Below are positions 1 through 6,757 of a stretch of 25,638 nt of DNA, piece by piece. This DNA comes from a virus (Duplodnaviria > Caudoviricetes). The translations under genes were made by a program, and so were the position numbers. Every line of letters begins with the position of its first letter. The stretch's first letter is position 1. A model generated the notes under the pieces. The model made no database searches. It was not told where the DNA came from and saw nothing but the letters and a program-made list of their open reading frames with translations. The stretch lies in the IMG/VR virus record IMGVR_UViG_3300038335_000075, positions 1 to 25,638 of that record; one strand, 5' to 3'.

Positions 1-189
1 ACGATCATGTATGATCTTGCGGGCAAAGCAAAAAAGGAGATACCGCATGACATAGAAGAGATTATGATGGAGGGTGAAATAGGAAAGATGGCCAGGTTCG
101 CTCTTCGGCAATCCAATGCCGGGGTGATCGATGAAGAGGATTGGAAGAAGTTTATAAGATCAATTGAAAAGAAAGGAGGGAAGAAATGA
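1..189 (+). CDS. C-terminal part of a probable XRE-family HTH regulator (5' truncated by window edge)
   Basis: Frame open from base 1; MYDLAGKAKKEIPHDIEEIMM resembles the C-terminal region of XRE proteins encoded upstream of ImmA/IrrE genes; stop overlaps next start (ATGA, 186-189). The HTH itself is not visible. Confidence 0.55.
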   Translation, partial: TIMYDLAGKAKKEIPHDIEEIMMEGEIGKMARFALRQSNAGVIDEEDWKKFIRSIEKKGGKK

Positions 190-995
190 TACAATTCAGG
201 TGGCCGAAAGTCAGCAACCGAGATGGTACTCCGATATTAAAAGATTCGGAAATTGACGAATTAACGGAAATGCTGATTTGTGATTACAACCCGAAACTTC
301 TAAAAGAACCGGGTAGGGTGGACTGGTGCCACTTTCTGGAATACTACCTTGGCGCCACGTTGGATGTCCAGGATATTTACTATGAAGAGGGAGAACGGCC
401 CATCCTGGGAGCAACAGCATTTAATACAGAAGTTTTGCGAGTATTCGATCGTGAGAATCTTTGCACGAGAAAGATCAAGGTGAAACGCCGCACCGTTATT
501 TTAGACCGCAGCATTACCCTTCAGGGTAAAGAGAGTCTGGCTCTTTCCACGGGCCTACATGAAGCAGGACATCTTTGGCTGCACTCTGGTGTCTACTCAC
601 AGATGGATGGACAAATGAGTTTCATGAAAGATTCGAGCTCAGTGGTCTGCTGCAGGATTGGTGGTATTGAACTAAGCGGGACAAAAAAGAGACTCGAAAC
701 GCCACTGGAATGGCGAGAACATCAGGCAGGGTATTTCGCAGCGGCCTTTGCTATGCCAAAAAAAACCTTAGTCCCGTTTGCAAAGGACTTGATTAAACGG
801 ACAGGTTATTTCGATGACGATCAAGACTCTGTTGTACTGGGAAAGAATTGTATCCTTGACTGGGTCGGAAGACGGGTTCTTCCAGGCCAAATTGCAGAAC
901 AGTATGGGGTTTCCCGTCAAGCGGCGATTATTCGCTTGCAAAAGTGTGGAATCTTGGTTACCGAGGAAACAGCCATGAATCGATGGAGCATATAA
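186..995 (+). CDS. ImmA/IrrE-family metallopeptidase (anti-repressor type)
   Basis: HExxH motif HEAGH, downstream EWREHQAGYFAAAFAMP and C-terminal HTH-like IAEQYGVSRQAAIIRL; RBS AAGGAGG upstream. Confidence 0.85.
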   Translation: MIQFRWPKVSNRDGTPILKDSEIDELTEMLICDYNPKLLKEPGRVDWCHFLEYYLGATLDVQDIYYEEGERPILGATAFNTEVLRVFDRENLCTRKIKVKRRTVILDRSITLQGKESLALSTGLHEAGHLWLHSGVYSQMDGQMSFMKDSSSVVCCRIGGIELSGTKKRLETPLEWREHQAGYFAAAFAMPKKTLVPFAKDLIKRTGYFDDDQDSVVLGKNCILDWVGRRVLPGQIAEQYGVSRQAAIIRLQKCGILVTEETAMNRWSI

Positions 996-1006
996 AAATT
1001 TTACAT

Positions 1007-1032
1007 ATTGTTACGCAAATATGCGTAACAAT
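1007..1032. promoter_or_regulatory. Perfect 11-bp inverted repeat, candidate repressor operator
   Basis: ATTGTTACGCA-aata-TGCGTAACAAT between the ImmA-like gene and the RBS of the next gene; no U-tract follows. Confidence 0.55.
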
Positions 1033-1050
1033 TCAGAAAGGAGATTGCCA

Positions 1051-1218
1051 ATGAAGAAAATGAAGTGCTCCCACTGCGGCCGAAGAGCCTTTGACATCTC
1101 TGATCTTCCAAAAGAACAAGTCGAAGTAAGCTTAAAGTGCCCGCAGTGTGGAAAGCTTGTCTCAGTTCCTTGTGATGAGAAATCGGAGATCAAGGTTTGC
1201 AAAAGACTTGATCGATAA
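1051..1218 (+). CDS. Small zinc-ribbon protein (55 aa)
   Basis: Two CxxC motifs (CSHC, CPQC); start moved from 1021 to ATG 1051 because GAAAGGAG precedes it. Confidence 0.65.
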   Translation: MKKMKCSHCGRRAFDISDLPKEQVEVSLKCPQCGKLVSVPCDEKSEIKVCKRLDR

Positions 1219-1309
1219 AACTAGCACCAACAGCAAGCTCAGCGAACAGTACATTGCAAGAGGCAATATCGCCATAAAAAAGTAAACGTATAAATTCATA
1301 CCGAGCAAC

Positions 1310-1440
1310 GGAGCCGAGTGCGAGCTACCAAATGGCCGGATGAGTTACGAAACCAAAATTCGTAACCATCCGGTTTTTTGTATTTCGTAACCATTCGGCT
1401 TTATATATCTCACGCTTGGCTCCTTTCTGAAAGGAGCCAA
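1310..1440 (+). ncRNA. Candidate cis-regulatory structured leader with alternative pairings
   Basis: Terminator hairpin 1336-1379, second copy of its 3' arm at 1384-1399, perfect RBS-sequestering inverted repeat 1416-1440, and 1310-1324 complementary to 1409-1423 (14/15 pairs with G-U). Confidence 0.55.
1336..1379 (+). terminator. Intrinsic terminator within leader
   Basis: CCGGATG-a-GTTACGAA / loop ACCAAAA / TTCGTAAC-CATCCGG followed by TTTTTT. Confidence 0.75.
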
Positions 1441-1443
1441 ACA

Positions 1444-1836
1444 ATGAAAATCAACTACAAAGATGCCGACGGCAAACTCATTGACATCGAAGTGTCAGAA
1501 GAAGTCGGAACCTTCTACCTTGAGTCAATCGAAGCAGAAAAGAAAAACGACCGAAAAAACTCACGTCCGGATCGACACTCACAGCTATCGACCTTTGCAT
1601 ACGAGGACATCCGCTACTTCAGCGATGATACAGACATCCTCGCAGACTTAATCGAATCCGAAGCCATAAACCATATCATCACTCGTCTCAACGAACGGCA
1701 ACAGTACCTGATCCGCAAATGTCTGCTCGAAGGCTGGTCATACACAGATCTCGCCAAAGTAGAGGGCAAAGATGAATCCGCCATCCGACATGCCGTGGAT
1801 CGCGCTAAGAAAAAACTTGGAGAAGCTCTGGAGTAA
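1444..1836 (+). CDS. Sigma-70 region 4-type (ECF/sigma-24-like) DNA-binding protein
   Basis: C-terminal LNERQQYLIRKCLLEGWSYTDLAKVEGKDESAIRHAVDRAKKKL fits a sigma region 4 HTH; start moved to ATG 1444 after GAAAGGAG. Confidence 0.75.
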   Translation: MKINYKDADGKLIDIEVSEEVGTFYLESIEAEKKNDRKNSRPDRHSQLSTFAYEDIRYFSDDTDILADLIESEAINHIITRLNERQQYLIRKCLLEGWSYTDLAKVEGKDESAIRHAVDRAKKKLGEALE

Positions 1837-1901
1837 ACCGTCCGATTCGGATTGCTCTCATGGTTTACAACAGAAGGCGCACAAACCAGCCTTCAGAAAG
1901 G
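1837..1901 (+). promoter_or_regulatory. Repeated intergenic motif, copy 1 (candidate element-specific promoter plus hairpin)
   Basis: ACCGTCCGA-N10-TCTCATGG...GAAGGC...AGCCTTCAGAAAGG; same blocks recur at 6177-6247. Confidence 0.6.
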
Positions 1902-1913
1902 AAAGGTGAGCAT

Positions 1914-2126
1914 ATGAGACATGCACTTAAAATCAGTGTTTCAAAAGAACCGCCGGGCGGAGGAATCGTCGGCTGCCGAGATGTCACTATACGGGAGCGA
2001 TTGGTACGCTTTCTACTAGGTGATAAACGAAGGCTGACGGTCATAGTTCCTGGTGACAGCGTAAAGACCCTATCCATTGTTGAGGAGGAAGGTGAAGAAG
2101 GTGAGCAAAACGAAACTGTTACTTGA
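1914..2126 (+). CDS. Conserved phage hypothetical protein (70 aa)
   Basis: ATG 1914 after GAAAGGTGA; MRHALKISVSKEPPGGGIVGCRDVTIRERLVRFLLGDKRRLTVIVPGDSV resembles small proteins at this position in Bacillota prophages. Confidence 0.7.
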   Translation: MRHALKISVSKEPPGGGIVGCRDVTIRERLVRFLLGDKRRLTVIVPGDSVKTLSIVEEEGEEGEQNETVT

Positions 2127-2418
2127 TGTGGTCGATAACTTGCGTTCTCTGGCAGAGAGCATCCAAGCTGTTGCACAGGCAATGGCGGGCAACGAACCTG
2201 CCCAGTCTGCACCACAAGAACCTCCGGCCGATGAGTCAAAACCTGTAGCCAAAACAGTCTCGCTTGAACAGGTGCGTGCTGTTCTTGCCGATAAGAGCCA
2301 GGCTGGACTCACAGCTGAGGTACGCATGCTTTTGGAAAAGCACGGTGCTCCGAAACTAAGCCAGATTGACCCGGCAAACTATGCTGCTTTACTTGCGGGT
2401 GCGGAGGCACTGAAATGA
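2101..2418 (+). CDS. Conserved phage protein (family often auto-annotated 'rRNA biogenesis protein rrp5'; function unknown)
   Basis: GTG 2101 after purine-rich RBS; SLEQVRAVLADKSQAG...LLEKHGAPKLSQIDPANYAALL; stop overlaps next ATG. Confidence 0.7.
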   Translation: MSKTKLLLDVVDNLRSLAESIQAVAQAMAGNEPAQSAPQEPPADESKPVAKTVSLEQVRAVLADKSQAGLTAEVRMLLEKHGAPKLSQIDPANYAALLAGAEALK

Positions 2419-3542
2419 GCAATCACGCAATACTGTCCGCATCTGGAGCGCATCGCTGGATGAACTGTACCCCGTCAGCAAGGCTGGAGCGAGAGTTTGA
2501 AGATAAGAGTGGCGAAGCGGCTGCTGAGGGTACTGCAGCTCATGCACTAGCGGAACATAAGCTTCGAAAAGCCCTTAAGCTGCGTTCAAAGAAACCAGTA
2601 TCGCAATACGACTCAGATGAAATGGACGCCTACATAGATGGCTATGTGGAATTCGTGTTGGAGATCATCGAAGGTCTAAAGCAAACCTGTTTTGATCCAA
2701 AGATCTTGATCGAGCAGCGTCTGGACTTTTCCCGCTTCGTGCCAGGCGGTTTTGGCACAGGGGATTGTGTGGTAATCGGCGACGGAACGCTTCACATCGT
2801 CGACTTAAAGTATGGACAAGGAGTTTTGGTTCATGCCGAAGACAACCCACAAATGAAGCTATATGCACTTGGTGCACTAAACCTTTTCGACGGCATTTAT
2901 GATATCAGCGAAGTGTCCATGACAATCTATCAGCCACGCAGGGAAAACGTAAGCACCTACACAGTATTTAAAGAATCGCTCTACCAGTGGGCAGAAGAGT
3001 GCCTAGTACCAACAGCAAAGATAGCCTTTGAAGGCGATGGGCAGTATCGCTGCGGTGACTGGTGCCAGTTTTGTCGGGCATCCGTCAAGTGTCGGGCGCG
3101 TGCTGAGGAAAAGCTGAATCTTACAAAGTTTGATTTCTCCTTGCCGCCAATCCTCACGGATGACAACATCGAAGACATTCTTTTAAAGCTGTACGACCTA
3201 ACCTCCTGGGCCAATGACATCGAAGCTTATGCTATGGACGCTGCACTCAATCACGGAAAACGCTGGCAAGGATTCAAGCTGGTTGAGGGCCGATCAGTCA
3301 GAAAGTACAAGGACGTGGAAGCCGTCACAGAAGCAGCAAAATCAGCTGGCTACCGCGATATCTTCAAACAGTCCTTACTCACCCTCACCGAGATGGAAAA
3401 ACTAATGGGTAAGCCAAGGTTCAATGAAATCTTAGGCAACCTCATCGAAAAACCGCCCGGTAAACCGGCCCTGGTCCCCATAGCCGACAAACGACCGGAA
3501 ATCAACACATCCGCAAAACATGATTTTAAGGAGGAAATGTAA
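2415..3542 (+). CDS. DUF2800 family Cas4-like PD-(D/E)XK exonuclease
   Basis: HAILSASGAHRWMNC, GTAAHALAE, EQR...GTGDC...IVDLKYG, QMKLYA, and C-terminal WCQFC-x5-C completing a 1+3 Cys cluster. Confidence 0.88.
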   Translation: MSNHAILSASGAHRWMNCTPSARLEREFEDKSGEAAAEGTAAHALAEHKLRKALKLRSKKPVSQYDSDEMDAYIDGYVEFVLEIIEGLKQTCFDPKILIEQRLDFSRFVPGGFGTGDCVVIGDGTLHIVDLKYGQGVLVHAEDNPQMKLYALGALNLFDGIYDISEVSMTIYQPRRENVSTYTVFKESLYQWAEECLVPTAKIAFEGDGQYRCGDWCQFCRASVKCRARAEEKLNLTKFDFSLPPILTDDNIEDILLKLYDLTSWANDIEAYAMDAALNHGKRWQGFKLVEGRSVRKYKDVEAVTEAAKSAGYRDIFKQSLLTLTEMEKLMGKPRFNEILGNLIEKPPGKPALVPIADKRPEINTSAKHDFKEEM

Positions 3543-3543
3543 C

Positions 3544-4125
3544 ATGTCAAACAATGTAAACAGAATGAACTCAGATGCAAAAGTAAATCCTACGAAGGTC
3601 GTCACAGGTATCGTGCGTCTCAGCTTCGCCAACGTCTGGGAGCCTAAAAGTATCAACGGAGGCGCAGAGAAATATAGTGTCTCGCTCATCATCCCTAAGT
3701 CCGATACCAAGACCACTGATGCGATCAATAAAGCGGTGGACTCTGCTATCGAAGAAGGCCGCGGAAAATTCGGTGGCAAGGTACCAAGTAAGACAGTGCT
3801 CAAACTACCACTTCGTGACGGGGATATTGATCGCCCAGATGATGAGGCGTATGCAGGCTGCTATTTTGTGAACGCCAATTCCAACTCCGCGCCAGAGATC
3901 GTGGACAAGTCGCTAAACCCCATCATGAGCCGTTCCGAAGTCTACTCCGGTGTCTATGCGAGGGTCAGCATCAACTTCTATGCCTTCAATTCCAACGGCA
4001 ACCGCGGTATCGCCTGCGGCCTTGGAAACATCCAAAAGGTACAAGATGGTGAGCCGCTTGGTGGCAAGACCAGCGCTGTCGATGATTTCGCATCGGATTA
4101 TGATGGCGATGACTTCCTTGGATAG
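3544..4125 (+). CDS. DUF2815 family phage single-stranded DNA-binding protein
   Basis: VRLSFANVWEPKS, LPLRDGD, VYSGVYARVSINFYAFN, LGNIQK, acidic tail DDFASDYDGDDFLG; ATG 3544 after AAGGAGG. Confidence 0.88.
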   Translation: MSNNVNRMNSDAKVNPTKVVTGIVRLSFANVWEPKSINGGAEKYSVSLIIPKSDTKTTDAINKAVDSAIEEGRGKFGGKVPSKTVLKLPLRDGDIDRPDDEAYAGCYFVNANSNSAPEIVDKSLNPIMSRSEVYSGVYARVSINFYAFNSNGNRGIACGLGNIQKVQDGEPLGGKTSAVDDFASDYDGDDFLG

Positions 4126-4145
4126 GGTGTAAACAACAATACTAC

Positions 4146-4179
4146 GAAAGAGGCGGCGGGATACCTTGCCGCCTCTTTC
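4146..4179 (+). terminator. Strong intergenic hairpin between SSB and polymerase (weak terminator or mRNA stability element)
   Basis: GAAAGAGGCGGC...GCCGCCTCTTTC perfect 12-bp outer stem; U-tract poor. Confidence 0.5.
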
Positions 4180-4194
4180 CGATAGGGAGGGCAT

Positions 4195-6162
4195 ATGAAA
4201 ACACTTACGATCGACATTGAAACGTATGCAAGCGCTGATCTTTCCAAATGCGGTGTTTACCGTTACGCTGAGTCTCCGGATTTTGACATCCTATTGTTTG
4301 GCTATTCGATTGATGGTGGGGAAGCAAAGGTCATTGATCTTATTGCTGGAGAAACTTTACCTGAAGAAGTAAAAAAAGCCCTGTCGGATGACGAAGTTAT
4401 CAAGTGGGCTTTCAACGCCCAGTTTGAGCGAGCTTGTCTTTCCCGCTGGTTTCATCAAATGGGCATAACACTAGATCCATGCAATCCCGAGAGCCAATTT
4501 TTCAACCCTTCATCCTGGCGCTGTTCTATGGTCTGGTCAGCCTACATGGGATTGCCGCTTTCTTTGGAGGGTGCTGGTGTAGTGCTGGGACTTGAAAAGC
4601 AAAAGCTCAAGGAGGGAAAAGAGCTGATCCGCTATTTTTCTATGCCATGTAAACCATCAAAGGTAAACGCCGGACGTGAACGCAACATATCAGCTGATGC
4701 ACCCGATAAATGGGAACAGTACAAAGCCTATAACGCCCGCGATGTTGAAACTGAGCTTGAACTCCAGGCGAAGCTTCACAAGTTTCCTGTTCCGGAAGTT
4801 GAATGGCAAAACTATATCCTCGATCAAGAGATTAACGATCGAGGCATACTTCTTGACATGGACTTGGTTAGTGAAGCCATCAATTTTGATATTCGGGCAA
4901 AACAAGAACTAACTCACTTGATGCAACAGATTACCGAGCTTGATAATCCAAACTCAGTCATCCAGATGAAGGCGTGGCTATCTGAGCAAGGCATGAAAAC
5001 GGATACACTGGGCAAAGCTGCCGTGAAAGAGCTTCTTAAGACTGCGCCTGAGCCACTCGGCAAAGTGTTGGAGCTGCGGCAGTCTCTGGCCAAAAGCAGC
5101 GTCAAGAAATACACGGCGATGAGAAATGCCGTTTGTTCCGATGGCAGGGTTCGCGGTCTACTGCAATTTTATGGCGCAAACAGGACGGGGCGCTGGGCCG
5201 GAAGACTCGTACAGGTTCAGAATTTGCCTCAGAATCATATGTCCGATTTAGAGCAAGCAAGAGGGCTCGTCAAGCTTGGCCAGTATGACATGCTGGAAAC
5301 GCTCTACGATGCAGTGCCAGAGGTGCTGTCGGAACTCATCCGTACCGCCTTTATACCGAAGGCTAATTGTCAATTCATCGTGGCTGACTTTTCGGCGATT
5401 GAGGCTCGCGTTATTGCTTGGCTTGCTGGCGAAGTCTGGCGAAACGAGGTGTTTGCCACCCACGGCCGGATTTATGAAGCGTCGGCTAGTCAGATGTTTC
5501 ATGTACCACTAGAGGAAATCACCAAGGGCAGCCCCTTGCGGCAAAAAGGCAAGATCGCAGAACTCGCCCTCGGTTATGGCGGATCGGTTGGCGCGCTGAA
5601 AGCCATGGGTGCACTTGATATGGGTGTCGCAGAAGATGAGCTTCAGCCGTTGGTCAATATATGGCGTGCAGCCAACCCTAACATCATCCGCTTCTGGTGG
5701 AATGTGGACCGGGCTGCCATGACGGCTGTTCGAGAATGCACTGTTACTGCTACCCACGGCATCCAGTTTGAGTGTAGAAGCGGGATGCTCTTCGTGACAC
5801 TGCCTTCAGGTAGACACATTTCCTATGTGAAGCCGAGGATTAGCCAGAACCGATTCGGAAATGACGCAGTGACTTATGAGGGTGTAGGTGCAACAAAAAA
5901 GTGGGAACGCATTGAGACCTATGGTCCGAAGCTGGTGGAAAACATTGTCCAGGCTGTTTCGCGCGATATTCTTTGTCATTCACTCCAGGCATTTCGGCAC
6001 TATGAAATCGTTATGCACGTACATGACGAAATCGTTATCGAAGTGGACAAGGAAATGTCCGTTGACGCCATATGCGAGCAAATGAGCCGTATTCCTGCTT
6101 GGGCTGAAGGACTTTTCCTGCGTGCCGATGGATTCGTGTGCCCATTTTATAAAAAAGAGTAA
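4195..6162 (+). CDS. Phage family A DNA polymerase with 3'-5' exonuclease domain
   Basis: Exo motifs DIETY, FNAQFE, YNARD; polymerase RTGRW, QNLP, motif A ADFSAIEARV, motif B RQKGKIAELALGYG, motif C HVHDEI. Confidence 0.95.
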   Translation: MKTLTIDIETYASADLSKCGVYRYAESPDFDILLFGYSIDGGEAKVIDLIAGETLPEEVKKALSDDEVIKWAFNAQFERACLSRWFHQMGITLDPCNPESQFFNPSSWRCSMVWSAYMGLPLSLEGAGVVLGLEKQKLKEGKELIRYFSMPCKPSKVNAGRERNISADAPDKWEQYKAYNARDVETELELQAKLHKFPVPEVEWQNYILDQEINDRGILLDMDLVSEAINFDIRAKQELTHLMQQITELDNPNSVIQMKAWLSEQGMKTDTLGKAAVKELLKTAPEPLGKVLELRQSLAKSSVKKYTAMRNAVCSDGRVRGLLQFYGANRTGRWAGRLVQVQNLPQNHMSDLEQARGLVKLGQYDMLETLYDAVPEVLSELIRTAFIPKANCQFIVADFSAIEARVIAWLAGEVWRNEVFATHGRIYEASASQMFHVPLEEITKGSPLRQKGKIAELALGYGGSVGALKAMGALDMGVAEDELQPLVNIWRAANPNIIRFWWNVDRAAMTAVRECTVTATHGIQFECRSGMLFVTLPSGRHISYVKPRISQNRFGNDAVTYEGVGATKKWERIETYGPKLVENIVQAVSRDILCHSLQAFRHYEIVMHVHDEIVIEVDKEMSVDAICEQMSRIPAWAEGLFLRADGFVCPFYKKE

Positions 6163-6176
6163 GAAATTCACAATGG

Positions 6177-6247
6177 ACCGTCCGAAACCTTACTTTCTCA
6201 TGGCATACAGCGAAGGCACTAACAAAATCTTCTAGCCTTCAGAAAGG
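6177..6247 (+). promoter_or_regulatory. Repeated intergenic motif, copy 2
   Basis: ACCGTCCGA-N10-TCTCATGG...GAAGGC...AGCCTTCAGAAAGG, same first spacing as 1837-1901. Confidence 0.6.
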
Positions 6248-6253
6248 GCGGTT

Positions 6254-6757
6254 ATGTTCATGAGCAGGTTACAAATCAGAATTACAGACAGCAAAGGAAA
6301 TGAGGAATTTTTAAATTGCTTTCTAAAACGAGGTGATAGCAAGGACAGATTTAATGCAGAACACTATCCCGATCCAACAGCGACCGAAGCACTGACGAAC
6401 ATAGAACGAGAGGAAAAAGCAAAAGCCCGAAAACCCTGCGTGTTCATTTGCTCCCCGTTTGCTGGGGATGTCGCTATTAACACCATGAGAACCATTCGGT
6501 ACATGCGGTTTGCTGTGATTAAAGGCGCGATTCCTTTCGCACCCCACCTACTTTATCCACAAGTGTTGGATGAAGATGATCCTTCCGAACGAGAGCTTGG
6601 GCTGTTCTTCGGAATGGTGTGGCTCGGAAAGTGCGACGAGCTTTGGGTGTTTGGCCGGAATATATCGGGTGGAATGGCACGCGAAATTGCCAAGGCAAAA
6701 AAGCGCGGTATTCCCATAAGGCGTTTCAATTCGGTATGCGAGGAGGAGTTCAAATGA
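6254..6757 (+). CDS. DUF4406-like / nucleoside 2-deoxyribosyltransferase-fold phage protein
   Basis: VFICSPFAGD, PFAPHLLYPQ, LGKCDELWVFG...ISGGMAREI; N-terminal NAEHYPDPTA segment. Start uncertain (6254 or 6260). Confidence 0.7.
   Translation: MFMSRLQIRITDSKGNEEFLNCFLKRGDSKDRFNAEHYPDPTATEALTNIEREEKAKARKPCVFICSPFAGDVAINTMRTIRYMRFAVIKGAIPFAPHLLYPQVLDEDDPSERELGLFFGMVWLGKCDELWVFGRNISGGMAREIAKAKKRGIPIRRFNSVCEEEFK

Noticed and set aside
2415-3542. Cas4-like nuclease as evidence of a CRISPR-Cas locus
   Set aside because: No repeat-spacer array or other cas gene; the DUF2800-SSB-polymerase context is a standard phage replication module.
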